Shown here in pieces: positions 9,601 through 19,876 of a DNA stretch of 64,000 nt. Below the pieces are notes generated by a model. The model was not told the origin of the DNA and did no database searches. It worked only from the letters and a program-made list of their open reading frames with translations. Positions within the stretch are counted from its first letter, which is position 1. Each line of letters starts with the position of its first letter. The stretch spans positions 768,001 through 832,000 of the forward strand of contig CP169074.1 of assembly GCA_041891055.1 (NCBI GenBank). Direction: 5' to 3'. The position numbers and the translations under genes are program-made. Source of the DNA: Halorutilales archaeon Cl-col2-1 (lineage in GTDB: Archaea > Halobacteriota > Halobacteria > Halobacteriales > Afararchaeaceae).

Positions 9601-10587
9601 ATGACAACGTCCGAGATACGAAGCCTCGAAGAAACCTTCGAGTACGACAGAGCACTCGTCTTCGGAATCGGAGGAGGGGGAGACGTAGTCGGCACGGTTC
9701 CGACGGCACGCCTCCTCGAACTCCACGGCGTCGAGACGGTGATAGGAGGTCTAGCGTGGGAACGTGTTCCCCACGACCCGAAGCCGGGTCCAAGGAGCTT
9801 CGACGAGATTGAGGGGATCGATAGGGTTAGCTCGACAGTCGGACTCGTGACACCTGAGACACGCACCGACGACAAACACGGTGTCGAGTTCACAGAGACC
9901 CGCCTCGCGAAGTTCTACTCGTCGGAGTCAGATGAATACAGAGACAGTGACAGAGACTGCTTCGACGTCGCTCTGATAGACATTACAGAGGGGGTCGATG
10001 CGGTAACCAAGGGGATAGACGAGTTCTGTGACTCCCTCGGCGTAGACCTCGTGGTCGGAACCGACTCGGGCGGTGACGCTCTCGCAGTCGGAGACGAGGA
10101 AGGTCTCAAGAGTCCGATAGCCGACAGCTTCAGCACTCTATCTCTCGTCGAATCAGAGGTCGACTCCCTCTTAGGAGTCTTCGGATACGGAAGTGACGGC
10201 GAGCTGAGTCTCGACGAGCTAGACGCGGGCGTCGAAAGGGCGGCTGAGAGAGACGGTCTCGTCGGATCCTGGGGACTGAGTCGAAACACAGTCGACGAGA
10301 TGGACAGAGTCCTCGAATACGTCAACACCGAAGCGAGCCGTCTCCCGGTCGAGGCGGCGAAAGGTAACCTCGGAACGAGGGAGATACGCCGGGGTACTCG
10401 GGAAGTCGAGATGACACCCGCGAGCACTGTGACATTCTACTTCCGTCCGTCTTCGGTCGCCACGACCTCGGGAGGTGTCTCAGCAGTGAGGTCGACGTCG
10501 AGTTTCGACGAAGCAGTCGAATCGCTCAGGCGGGAGGGATTCACGACAGAGATCGACTTGGAGAAAGAGAAGGCGAGACGTCTCTGA
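9601..10587 (+). CDS. DUF1152 family protein
   Basis: GIGGGGDV, DSGGDAL..G.E..LKSP.AD and GYGSDGEL motifs. Confidence 0.8.
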   Translation: MTTSEIRSLEETFEYDRALVFGIGGGGDVVGTVPTARLLELHGVETVIGGLAWERVPHDPKPGPRSFDEIEGIDRVSSTVGLVTPETRTDDKHGVEFTETRLAKFYSSESDEYRDSDRDCFDVALIDITEGVDAVTKGIDEFCDSLGVDLVVGTDSGGDALAVGDEEGLKSPIADSFSTLSLVESEVDSLLGVFGYGSDGELSLDELDAGVERAAERDGLVGSWGLSRNTVDEMDRVLEYVNTEASRLPVEAAKGNLGTREIRRGTREVEMTPASTVTFYFRPSSVATTSGGVSAVRSTSSFDEAVESLRREGFTTEIDLEKEKARRL

Positions 10588-10649
10588 TCCTGAGTTATCA
10601 GCGATAGATTCAAGTTGATCGAATATATCCTATTAATGAGGGTTTAAGC

Positions 10650-11057
10650 TTGAGTCTCGAAATATCTGGCAAGCTCCTGTCTCTATTCAGTTCGCGCGTC
10701 GAGGAAAAGGACGGCTCTTACGTCGTTGAGATACCCGAGTCCGAGATAGACGAAGGGACTATCTCGGAGGAGGGCGTCTACCGTATAGGAGTCATCGCCT
10801 CCGAGGAAGACAAAGAGGAGACGACACACGGGGAAGAAGAGGAGAGCCGTCTGCAGCCTCCCGTAGAGGAGGGTGAGATTCGGTTCGTCGAGATAGAGGA
10901 CATAGGGAAACAGGGGGACGGCATAGCAAGAGTTGAGAGGGGATACGTAATAATAGTTCCCGAGACCGACGTCGGAGACCGTGTCAAGGTCGAGATAGAG
11001 GAAGTCAAGGAGAACTTCGCAGTCGCCGAGGTTCTCGAAGAGGAGAGCTTCGAGTAA
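10650..11057 (+). CDS. TRAM-domain RNA-binding protein (haloarchaeal type)
   Basis: PPVEEGE...IEDIGKQGDGIARVERGYVIIVP...GDRV...V.ENFA; TTG start. Confidence 0.9.
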   Translation: MSLEISGKLLSLFSSRVEEKDGSYVVEIPESEIDEGTISEEGVYRIGVIASEEDKEETTHGEEEESRLQPPVEEGEIRFVEIEDIGKQGDGIARVERGYVIIVPETDVGDRVKVEIEEVKENFAVAEVLEEESFE

Positions 11058-11153
11058 GACAGCGCCACCGGCGTCTACCTAACCTAAGACGTCTGCGGGT
11101 TCGGGTCAAAGAACAACTATTATAACCCTTCTGCGACTCAGTTGTAGATGTAA

Positions 11154-11237
11154 GCCGGGGTAGTCTAGTCTGGTAAGGCGCCGGCCTCGAGAGCCGGTGG
11201 GTGCAAGCCCACGGGGGTTCAAATCCCTCCCCCGGCG
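11154..11237 (+). tRNA. tRNA-Ser(CGA)
   Basis: GCCGGGG acceptor stem; anticodon arm CCGGC-CTCGAGA-GCCGG; long variable arm TGGGTGCAAGCCCA; T-loop TTCAAAT; G discriminator; upstream TTATAA. Confidence 0.95.
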
Positions 11238-11254
11238 TTTCCTTCTAAAATTAC

Positions 11255-11518
11255 ATGACCGAGCTAAAGATAGGAGACAGGATTACCTACTACGACGGCG
11301 ACGGTGAGCCCCACGAAGCCCTCGTGACGCAGATACACGACACCGTCCCGAGCAAGCCTCCTATGGTGGACTGTGTGCGTCAGAAGGAAGGCGAGTTCTC
11401 CGACTCCTCGTACGGTCAGAGTCTGATACACGAGAAGACCGTAGAACACGTCTCTGTTCCAAAGGCTCGACATCCTCCGAGAGCCCACTCGTACGACATA
11501 GGCTGGGACGCCAAGTAG
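11255..11518 (+). CDS. Small hypothetical protein (SH3/beta-barrel-like)
   Basis: 87-aa ORF with ATG start and host-like codon usage, immediately downstream of tRNA-Ser. Confidence 0.65.
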   Translation: MTELKIGDRITYYDGDGEPHEALVTQIHDTVPSKPPMVDCVRQKEGEFSDSSYGQSLIHEKTVEHVSVPKARHPPRAHSYDIGWDAK

Positions 11519-11521
11519 AAT

Positions 11522-12136
11522 CTAAGAGCTTCCCGACTCGTTTATGTACTTGTTGTTGCGCCAGTTCTTCTCCCCACCCGATTCCTCGGAACCCGACTCT
11601 CCGACGACCTTAACGGATGCGGGTCTCTCTTCGCCGTCTACGACACGTACGGGCGTAAGCTCCCCATCTACGACCGTGACAGCCGTCAGTTTTCCCTCAG
11701 TGTCATCCAAGAGAGCAAGGTTTCTCAGCATGAGGAACATCTCATACTCAAGTGAAGTGTTCTGAAGGACGGTTCCGATGCCTCCACGGAAACGTACGAA
11801 CTCGACGGGCTCGGGCTCCTCCTCGTCCTCGTCTTCTTCTGTCTGAGGCTTCTTTCCCCATCTCCTACCCTCGTCCTCGTCGTCGTCGGAGACTATCCTC
11901 TCAACGACTGACGCCTTGATCTGAGCCGTGGGTGTGTACTTGCTTATCTCGTCGTCGTCGGAGACTCCCTGTATTATGAGCTTGGTGTTCCGACGTTCGA
12001 GGTCGACATCGTCTATCCCATCGGGGAGATAAGGGTCTTCGAAGTACTCCTCGACGTCTTCAAGACGGATCTCGAAGTTCGAGTCTATCTGAAAGACACG
12101 TCCCTGTGGGTCGTCGGGGTCTGAAGACTTAGTCAC
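11522..12136 (-). CDS. Conserved haloarchaeal hypothetical protein
   Basis: Acidic ORF with GRVFQIDS..E..LEDV, RRNTKLII and TVLQNT.L.YEMF motifs; probable GTG start at 12136. Confidence 0.7.
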   Translation of the reverse strand: MTKSSDPDDPQGRVFQIDSNFEIRLEDVEEYFEDPYLPDGIDDVDLERRNTKLIIQGVSDDDEISKYTPTAQIKASVVERIVSDDDEDEGRRWGKKPQTEEDEDEEEPEPVEFVRFRGGIGTVLQNTSLEYEMFLMLRNLALLDDTEGKLTAVTVVDGELTPVRVVDGEERPASVKVVGESGSEESGGEKNWRNNKYINESGSS

Positions 12137-12398
12137 ACATAAGATAAGAGCCGCTTTCTTATAAGGATTACAGGATAAGTCGCGTCTTAGTCTGTGTCGC
12201 GGTGTGAGTGGTTTCAGAACCCCCAACTTAAGAAGTCCTCAATACGAAGGTGTTTGTCGATACGAGTCAGAATACCAAAACCGTTCAGTATATTTATATA
12301 TGTGGCGACAGTCCTGTTACGTTATGTGCGGAGGTCACACGGAACAACGCCTCACGGAACGCCAAAAAGACGTATGACTAACTAATCTACTGAAGACT

Positions 12399-13532
12399 AT
12401 GGGACGGAGAAAGATAGACGACTACAACGAGTTCTTCCGGAAGGTTCTCGAAAACATCGGCGTCGGTGTGGGTGTCTACTCCGAGAACGGGTACATAGAG
12501 TACGCCAACCGCCATTACGCCGAGATGTTGGGTCTCGAAAGGAACGAGATACTCGACAAGCCGATCTGGGAGATAAACCCCGAAGTAGACCCCGAGAAGA
12601 TAGACGAGTACTGGGGGTCGTTCGAGGAAGGAGAGACACGTGTGAGACAGACGGTTCACGAGAAGAAAGACGGCTCAGTCTTCCCTGTCGAGGTCAACAC
12701 GAAATGTATAAGGATAGGTGAGAATGTCTACCACGCCGGGACTATAAAGGACATAACCCAGCGCGTCAAGAACGAGGAGAGATCCGAGATACTCAGCCGC
12801 GTCCTGAGACACGACCTCAAGAACCGTCTCACTGTAATAGAAGGCTATGTCGACCTCGTGAGATCTAGTGTCGACGAGGAAGAGGTGGCTCCCGAGATAG
12901 AAGAGTACCTGAAGAAGTCGAAGGAGGAGATAGCGAGGCTCGACAACAAGTCGAGATCCACACGTAGATTACAGGAGGTCGTCAAGGAAGATGACACGAG
13001 GTACTCGGTCGACCTCGGGAGTCTCCTCGAAAAAGCCGCCGAGAAAGCCAGGGATAGGTTCGAGGACGCCGAGTCGAGTCCCGAGATACGTCTGAGTCTC
13101 CCAGCTTCCGAAGACGAGGGCGAGGACGAGGAAGACGACGGAGTAAGTTCAGAAGACACGTCGGAGACAGCCGAGAACTCCGACAAAGACGGAGTACACG
13201 TAGTCACGAACGGCTACCTCGGGCAAGCCGTCTCCCAGATACTCGACAATGCCGTGATACACAACGACACCGAGAACCCCGTCGTCGAGGTGGCTGTCGA
13301 GGACGACGACTCGTACGCCACTGTCAGGATAGACGACAACGGACCCGGGATTCCCTACGAAGAGAGGGATCTTATCTTCGGACGTGAGGAGAAAGACGAC
13401 CTACACCACGGTGAGGGAATGGGTCTCTTCTTCGTAGACGAGGTCGTCGGCAGTCTCAACGGAGATGTCTGGGTCGAGGACAGCAGTCTCGGAGGCTCGT
13501 CATTCAAGATTCGGATTCCGAAACACGTCTAA
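12399..13532 (+). CDS. Cytoplasmic PAS sensor histidine kinase
   Basis: PAS (YANRHYAEMLG...KKDGSVFPVEV...DITQR); RHDLKNRL; DNGPGI; GEGMGL. Confidence 0.9.
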   Translation: MGRRKIDDYNEFFRKVLENIGVGVGVYSENGYIEYANRHYAEMLGLERNEILDKPIWEINPEVDPEKIDEYWGSFEEGETRVRQTVHEKKDGSVFPVEVNTKCIRIGENVYHAGTIKDITQRVKNEERSEILSRVLRHDLKNRLTVIEGYVDLVRSSVDEEEVAPEIEEYLKKSKEEIARLDNKSRSTRRLQEVVKEDDTRYSVDLGSLLEKAAEKARDRFEDAESSPEIRLSLPASEDEGEDEEDDGVSSEDTSETAENSDKDGVHVVTNGYLGQAVSQILDNAVIHNDTENPVVEVAVEDDDSYATVRIDDNGPGIPYEERDLIFGREEKDDLHHGEGMGLFFVDEVVGSLNGDVWVEDSSLGGSSFKIRIPKHV

Positions 13533-14940
13533 GACCCACGTCGAACTCGAACCTCGCGCCGCCGTCTTCGCTCTCGGATATACTGACTTCCCAGCCGTGG
13601 GCGTCGGCTATACGTTTGACGACTGAGAGTCCGAGTCCCGTACCTGTCTCCGAGGTCGTGTATCCCGACTCAAGCACCTCGTCACGTTCGTCCTCGGGAA
13701 TCCCCTCACCGTCGTCCTCGACGTAGAAGCCGCCGTCGGTGGCTCCGACGCGGACAGTAACGTCGTCTCCTCCGTGTTCGACCGAGTTCCTAAATAGGTT
13801 CTCCAGAAGACGTATCAGCCTGTCCCTGTCGGCGTCTATCTCGACCGAGTCTACGACTTCGATCTGGGCGTCCTCGTCGGAGAACTCTATGTGTTCCCAC
13901 GCAGTCCGGGCGTCGTCGCCGAGGCTCCGTGTCGCGGTTACGTCTATCTCACCGTCCTGTCTCGCCATACGCAGGACGTCCTCGATTATGCCCTCCATCC
14001 TGTCGAGCGAGTCCTGGACGTTTTCGAGGCAGTCCTCCCTGTCGTCGCCGTTGCCACACAGAACGACTTCGAGGTATCCCTCGGCTACGTTGAGAGGGTT
14101 TCTGAGGTCGTGTGAGACTACCTCCGCGAACTCCTCGAGACGCTCGTTCTGGCGTTCGAGCTCCCTCTCCATCTCCTTACGCTCGGTTATGTCGTTGTTT
14201 ATTGCTACGAGACGTTCTATCTCCCCTTCGTCATTGAGTATAGGAGCTATCGTCTGTTCTATGTGGTAGGTCTCACCGTCCTTCCTCTGGTTGACTATCT
14301 CGCCCTCCCAGACCTCGCCCGACAGCACCGTATTCCAGAGGTCGTTGTAGAAGTCGTCGTCGTGTCTCCCCGACTTGAGTATGCTCGGTCTCTCTCCCAG
14401 AACCTCGTCTTCCGAGTACCCTGTGAGGCTCTCGAACTCGGGGTTGACGTACTCTATTACGCCGTCGGTGTCTGTTATGAGTATCGCGTGTCCCGCGTTC
14501 TCGACGGCACTCTTGAAACTACGTAGCTCTTCCCGGTCTCGTCTGAGACGTGAGTCGTAGAGTCCTATCACGCCGCCGCCTATCGCGCCCGCCTGGCTGA
14601 GGAGAACCATGTCGTTGTACGAGTGGACGGGAGACAAGCCATGTATCATCTGCTGCCAGATGATCACGAGAGCCGAGACAAAGCCGAAGACTCCTCCGAG
14701 TAATATCCATCCCGCGAGACGTACTCGGCAGCTAAATCCCCAGTCCCGAACGAGGTAAGCCGCGAGGGGAAAGCCGATGAGACCCGCTGCCATCGGAAGA
14801 GCGTCTATGACGATAACTGTCAGGAGTCCGGTGTAAGACATCTGGAGAAAATGGTAGAGGTTGACGAAGAAGACCGTGAGTCCTAATCCCGTTATCGTCG
14901 CCTCGGGAAGCCTATGGATAACGCCTCGTCTCTCCGACAT
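13504..14940 (-). CDS. Membrane PAS sensor histidine kinase
   Basis: 4 TM; PAS (ITDTDGVIEYVNPEFESLTGY...DITERK); SHDLRNPL; GTGLGL. Confidence 0.9.
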   Translation of the reverse strand: MSERRGVIHRLPEATITGLGLTVFFVNLYHFLQMSYTGLLTVIVIDALPMAAGLIGFPLAAYLVRDWGFSCRVRLAGWILLGGVFGFVSALVIIWQQMIHGLSPVHSYNDMVLLSQAGAIGGGVIGLYDSRLRRDREELRSFKSAVENAGHAILITDTDGVIEYVNPEFESLTGYSEDEVLGERPSILKSGRHDDDFYNDLWNTVLSGEVWEGEIVNQRKDGETYHIEQTIAPILNDEGEIERLVAINNDITERKEMERELERQNERLEEFAEVVSHDLRNPLNVAEGYLEVVLCGNGDDREDCLENVQDSLDRMEGIIEDVLRMARQDGEIDVTATRSLGDDARTAWEHIEFSDEDAQIEVVDSVEIDADRDRLIRLLENLFRNSVEHGGDDVTVRVGATDGGFYVEDDGEGIPEDERDEVLESGYTTSETGTGLGLSVVKRIADAHGWEVSISESEDGGARFEFDVGLRRVSESES

Positions 14941-15009
14941 TCTTATAACGTAACAATGTTTGGAATCATACATAAAACATTACCTCCAAACGGGACAGAC
15001 GAACAAGAC

Positions 15010-15645
15010 ATGTCAGAGGACACATTAAAAGGGTCAGAAGACCCCAGGAAAGGGACGGAGAACGGTACAGAGAAAGAGACGCGAGACACACGTCTAAAGC
15101 CGGGGGATATAGTCATCGACTCTGAGGGAGGGGACGACGAGGCGGTGGTTCTACATACACCCGGGATGACAGTCGACGAATGGGAGGTCACCGACTCCGA
15201 GACGGTAGCCGACCACAACCCCGACTACTCGGAGAACGAGGACGTCGTGATCACCGCCTTCATAGAGGGCGACGGTGTCACCGGAATGGAAGCATGGGAA
15301 GGCTGGAGGGAAGCCGACGCTTACAGTCTCTTCGACGGCGCTATCGAGAAGGGGGTGAAGTTCTACGCCTTCCCCGAGTCACGTCTCGAAGCAGTCGGGG
15401 AGAACGCCCTCGAAGACGGAGACACGACGGAAGCCGACGGTAACGTAGACGAGACGGGGAGTACTTTGGAGGAGATACATTCAGGGCTCGTAGAACAGGG
15501 CTGGAACACCGCCGAGATAGACGACGAGAGACAAGTCGTCGTGGTCGAGAAGTTCGGTGAGTACGTGATCCATCCCGACGGAACCGTAGACGGTGACGGC
15601 ACCCTCCGTGAGAAGCTCGAACTCGCGGTTGATGGGATACTCTGA
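15010..15645 (+). CDS. Haloarchaeal hypothetical protein
   Basis: Acidic ORF with PGD.V.D, TVADHNPDY and YAFPESRL motifs plus a small C-terminal domain. Confidence 0.7.
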   Translation: MSEDTLKGSEDPRKGTENGTEKETRDTRLKPGDIVIDSEGGDDEAVVLHTPGMTVDEWEVTDSETVADHNPDYSENEDVVITAFIEGDGVTGMEAWEGWREADAYSLFDGAIEKGVKFYAFPESRLEAVGENALEDGDTTEADGNVDETGSTLEEIHSGLVEQGWNTAEIDDERQVVVVEKFGEYVIHPDGTVDGDGTLREKLELAVDGIL

Positions 15646-15681
15646 CCATACTCTTTTCGGGAAGGCGGTAGAAATCCCATT

Positions 15682-16812
15682 ATGGAAACCCCCGAGAAAG
15701 CAGACTCCTACGCCGAGAAGCTGAACCTCTCGGAGTCGGAGTTCGAGGAGGTCGTCGACAGCTTCAGTCAGAGGAGCCACAGCGGAAAGGACTACTACTA
15801 CCACCCCGACTACACGACGAAGATAGAACGCGGAACAGTCCTCATAGACGGAGAAGTCGTGAGAGGCTTCCCGAAGATACCACGGACTCTAGTACTCGAA
15901 GAGGGAGTCCCGAGATACTTCGATGACACCGTACTGGTCGAGGAGAAGATGAATGGATACAACACACGCGTCGTGAGGCTTGAAGACCTGGGTGTCATGG
16001 CTTTCACCCGTGGCGGCATCATCTGTCCGTTTACGACACACAAGGTCGAGAAATGGCTCGACCTCGGCTCCTTCTTCGACGACCATCCCGACAAGATGTT
16101 GTGCGGAGAGATGGCGGGGAAGGAAAACCCCTACACAGCACACGACTACTCGGACATAGAGTCGTTGGAGTTCCTCGCATTCGACGTCCGTGACCGGGAG
16201 TCAGGAGAGTCGCTCGAAGTCGACGAGAGACGAGAACTGTGTGAGAGCTACGGCTTCCCCCAGGTGTCTTTCAAGGGCGAGTTCGACGCCGACGAGACCG
16301 ACGCGATAAAGGAGGTGATAGACAGACTCGACTCAGAAGGCAGGGAGGGGGTAGTTATGAAGTCGAGGGACGTCACCAACCAGCTCAAGTACACGACCTC
16401 AGCCGCGAATCAAGGCGACCTATCTTACGCTTTCTCCCTCCCGTTCGACTACGGACAGGACTTCATGTTCAGACGTATAGTACGTGAGGCATTCCAGGCG
16501 GTCGAGTGGGACGAGGACGGCGAAGAGGTCGAGGAGAGAGCCGACAGGCTCGGCGAAGCCGTCCTCGGATCGATGGTAGACGCAGTACACGAGGTCGAGG
16601 CGGACGAGAACATAGGCGAGCGCCACACCGTGAGAGGCGAGCCCGACGTAATCGAGGATCTACTCGACCACATACGTGACATGGGTGTCCATCTGATCAC
16701 CGAGAGGGACGAGGAGAACGACGGTGAACGCGTCGTGACATTCGTGAAGAAGATGCAGTCGACTAAGGACAAGACGGAGTCGTACCTCGAGGGTCAGATA
16801 GTCAGGGAGTGA
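15682..16812 (+). CDS. ATP-dependent RNA ligase (Rnl3/Pab1020 family)
   Basis: Motif I EEKMNGYN, RGFPKIPR, CGEMAG..NPY, AFDV, REGVVMK and LKYTT. Confidence 0.9.
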   Translation: METPEKADSYAEKLNLSESEFEEVVDSFSQRSHSGKDYYYHPDYTTKIERGTVLIDGEVVRGFPKIPRTLVLEEGVPRYFDDTVLVEEKMNGYNTRVVRLEDLGVMAFTRGGIICPFTTHKVEKWLDLGSFFDDHPDKMLCGEMAGKENPYTAHDYSDIESLEFLAFDVRDRESGESLEVDERRELCESYGFPQVSFKGEFDADETDAIKEVIDRLDSEGREGVVMKSRDVTNQLKYTTSAANQGDLSYAFSLPFDYGQDFMFRRIVREAFQAVEWDEDGEEVEERADRLGEAVLGSMVDAVHEVEADENIGERHTVRGEPDVIEDLLDHIRDMGVHLITERDEENDGERVVTFVKKMQSTKDKTESYLEGQIVRE

Positions 16813-16816
16813 TCAG

Positions 16817-17848
16817 TCAGTCGTAGAGGGGGAGACGTATACTGAACTTCGCACCACCGTACAGATCCGAATTGCCCGCCTCGACCTCGCCTCCGTACGA
16901 CTCGACCACACGTCTGACGAGGTAGAGTCCGATTCCCGTCGAACCCGTCTCGTCGTCCTTGACCCCTCTCTCGAAGAGATGTCTCTTAACCTCGTCGGGT
17001 ATTCCCTCGCCGTTGTCCTCGACAGTAAGGAGAGCCTCGTCGTCGCACTCACACGTCTCGACAGTGACACCTACTCGGAGTTCGTCGGATTCGAGACGCG
17101 AGTGTTCAACCGAGTTCTTGAGGAGGTTGTCGAGAACCGAGACGAGCATATCGTTCGCTCTCACGTAGACTGTCTCGTCGGGGAGACGTGTCTCGACATC
17201 GACGTCGTGTCCGAAGCTCTCGACCGACTCCCGAACTAGACGGTTGAGATCGGTCTTCTCAGTCTCGGTTCCCTGGGAGAGGTGTGCGAGGTTTCTGACC
17301 TCCTCCAGGAGCTCCTCACTCCTCACGGCACTCTCGTATGCTCTCCTCACCGACTCAGACTCCTCCCCGACATCTTCTTCGAGACGGATCGTCTGTGTCC
17401 CCTTGATGACGCTGAGGTAGTTGCGGAGGTCGTGTGTGAGCATGTCTATGAGGAAGCTGTAATCGCCTGCTATACGTACCATTCCGCTCAGACAAGATCC
17501 GAATGTCGTGAGGAGCTCGACGTCGGTCTCATCGAGCCTCTCCGACTCGGCGACCTCAATTACGAGAACCTTCCTGACCTCTCTGTCGATCTCAAGAGGG
17601 ACAGCCACGTTTGTGTTGTCGTCCCCGACTGTGACATCACATCTCTCTACCGAGTCGACTGCGAGACTCTCGGGGGGAGAGTCGGCGTCTCGGTAGCCTC
17701 TCACGACTGAGAGTTCGAGACGGTTATCCTCGACCTCGACAACGTCGAATACAGCCATCCGTTCGTAGCCAAGACAGTCGTAGATCGTGTCAAAGACGGG
17801 TGAGACGCCTTTTTGTGATGACATACAGAGTATAAACTTATGTTCCAT
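16817..17848 (-). CDS. GAF sensor histidine kinase
   Basis: GAF-like N-terminus; THDLRNYL; NLLKNS; DNGEGI; GIGLYL. Start may be 17824. Confidence 0.85.
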   Translation of the reverse strand: MEHKFILCMSSQKGVSPVFDTIYDCLGYERMAVFDVVEVEDNRLELSVVRGYRDADSPPESLAVDSVERCDVTVGDDNTNVAVPLEIDREVRKVLVIEVAESERLDETDVELLTTFGSCLSGMVRIAGDYSFLIDMLTHDLRNYLSVIKGTQTIRLEEDVGEESESVRRAYESAVRSEELLEEVRNLAHLSQGTETEKTDLNRLVRESVESFGHDVDVETRLPDETVYVRANDMLVSVLDNLLKNSVEHSRLESDELRVGVTVETCECDDEALLTVEDNGEGIPDEVKRHLFERGVKDDETGSTGIGLYLVRRVVESYGGEVEAGNSDLYGGAKFSIRLPLYD

Positions 17849-17891
17849 CCGTGTATATAGTTATTTGGCTCTAGGTTTACAAGGACGTAAC

Positions 17892-18329
17892 ATGACAGAC
17901 GTATATAACGCGACGGTCGAGGTCACTGTCCCCGTCTATCCGACCGAGGTCGAGGAGAAGGTCAGAGACTGTGTCCTGAATCTGTTCCCCGATGCCGATA
18001 GCCGGACTGTCGAGACGGATGAGGGAGACGCCCCGAGTGAGATAAGAGCGACGACACACTCGGTTGAGGGTCTGAGGCAAGCCGTTGAGGAGAAGTACAT
18101 AAACGACGCCGTCAACTCCGCCCTCTCCGACAGTGTCAAAGGGAGGAAGATAGAGTTCGACCTGAGCAAGCAGGCGGCGTGTGTCGGACGTCTCAACATA
18201 GAGGTCGGCGGACACGAGCTAGGCTCCTTACACGTCGAGATTACGTCGAAGACGCCGTACGACGTCGTAGATTACATCGCTCCACGAGAGGAAGAAGACG
18301 AAAAAGACGGTCACGACACGACCGAGTAG
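17892..18329 (+). CDS. DUF54 / UPF0201 RNA-binding-fold protein
   Basis: VYPTEVEEKV...NLFP and F.LSKQAA..G motifs. Confidence 0.85.
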   Translation: MTDVYNATVEVTVPVYPTEVEEKVRDCVLNLFPDADSRTVETDEGDAPSEIRATTHSVEGLRQAVEEKYINDAVNSALSDSVKGRKIEFDLSKQAACVGRLNIEVGGHELGSLHVEITSKTPYDVVDYIAPREEEDEKDGHDTTE

Positions 18330-19819
18330 ACAACAGGGGTAACGAAGGACTCGACTGCCGACGCAAGGACGAAGACGACGAGGAGTCCGACGAGTATCGA
18401 GTAGGCAGTCGTGATCTCGTCGGCTAATTCCTCGATAGACGCTCTTCCTCGAAGGGTTCTCCAGACCTCACGTCCGAGTCGGAGTCCGAGCCCTCCCGTG
18501 ACACCGAGGGCAGGTATCTCTAAGACTCCGTGGGGAGCCAGAAGGGCTACGAGCGAGGTAAACCCAAGGGGAGCCGTCGACCCGAGCCTGACACCGAGTA
18601 TTCCTCCGATCACCGCTCCGTTGTACCACAGACTCACGAGAGTTGGGACGCCGACAGCGAGACCCGAGAAAGTCTGTGAGAAGCCGACTAGCCAGTTGTT
18701 GGCACTTATCTCGAAGAAGGTTCCGACTGGATTCCGGAACACGCGTGACGACTCCTCAGGTGGCTCCATAACGACCTCGATTCCGGCTGTCGCGTCTAAG
18801 CCGTTGACGACTCCGACGCCGAAGACACCGAGACTCACGGATACGAGTAGGGGATACGACCTTACGAAGACCGCCGTCTCGGAGAGACCGTCCCTCACCG
18901 AGTCGAGGAGACGTGTCGAGGCTGATCTCTCGACACCGACGACGGATGTCTCGCGGCTGTACGTCTCACCCGAGTAGAGGCTCGTCTTGGTGATGTCGAG
19001 GAAGGGAACTGCACCGAGCATCACTACGAGAGTAGCAACCGTAGTCGCCGAGACGAGGCTCAGAAGAGCCGATAAGCCGAAAACGACCGAGTAGACCACC
19101 ACGGCTACGATGAGATAGACAGCCGTCTCGACGGGCGCTGAGGTGACGAAGCCGAGGTTCTTCCGGAGAGCACCGACGGCATCCGCCGAGTCTACTACCA
19201 CTGCCTGTGGGGCGAATACGAAGAGGAGATGGACTCCGAGAGACGAGACGAGCCAGACGGGGACGATAAGTAACGCGGCTGGGGTGGGGAGAAGAGACAC
19301 CAAGCCTCCGAAGACAAACACGAGAAGTAGTTCTAAGCCGGCTTCGAGACAGAAGAGGAAAAAGAGACTGAGATAGTCTGAGGCTCCACCCCTGAGACCG
19401 TCCTCGACGGGCGACTCCGAGGACGTGAGAACGCCGTAAGCCGCGTTTATCTTCGCCGCCGAGACAACTGAGTTGACGAAAGCGAAGAGTACGACGCCGG
19501 CGACTAGGCTGAGTCCCAGAACAGCCGCAGACTCGGGTGTAACGAGAACAGAGAAGGTCTGGGTGAGAGAGTCAGCAGCTGTCTGGTTTAGCTCTCCGTC
19601 GGAGACTAACGTAGAGGTGTCGAATCCCTCGATTTCCGACTCGAACTCGTCTATACGTCCCTGTGACGACAGAATCAGGTATGACGCCACGATGCCTATG
19701 ACGGGAACTACACGCGCCACGACACCCGACGCCGCTGTCATCATGTAGAACGGGAGTATGTCGGATGTCGACCCCGAGAGAGCCGAGTAAGCCGACCTGA
19801 GAGAGACAGTCACTCGCAT
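18311..19819 (-). CDS. Integral membrane protein with C-terminal SpoIIM (DUF95) domain
   Basis: Many TM helices; ISANNW, NG...G, PHGVLEIPA and ES.VTP motifs. Confidence 0.85.
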   Translation of the reverse strand: MRVTVSLRSAYSALSGSTSDILPFYMMTAASGVVARVVPVIGIVASYLILSSQGRIDEFESEIEGFDTSTLVSDGELNQTAADSLTQTFSVLVTPESAAVLGLSLVAGVVLFAFVNSVVSAAKINAAYGVLTSSESPVEDGLRGGASDYLSLFFLFCLEAGLELLLVFVFGGLVSLLPTPAALLIVPVWLVSSLGVHLLFVFAPQAVVVDSADAVGALRKNLGFVTSAPVETAVYLIVAVVVYSVVFGLSALLSLVSATTVATLVVMLGAVPFLDITKTSLYSGETYSRETSVVGVERSASTRLLDSVRDGLSETAVFVRSYPLLVSVSLGVFGVGVVNGLDATAGIEVVMEPPEESSRVFRNPVGTFFEISANNWLVGFSQTFSGLAVGVPTLVSLWYNGAVIGGILGVRLGSTAPLGFTSLVALLAPHGVLEIPALGVTGGLGLRLGREVWRTLRGRASIEELADEITTAYSILVGLLVVFVLASAVESFVTPVVYSVVS

Positions 19820-19876
19820 ACTACAATAACTGGAGGTTCGTCACATTAACTTAAGCATAAGCTGTCTCTAACGGGT

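Noticed and set aside
12325-12378. Mini-ORF MCGGHTEQRLTERQKDV with a short CACGGAAC direct repeat upstream of the PAS kinase
   Set aside because: LTERQ resembles the start of a Bat-type HTH, but 17 codons is too short to support a call.
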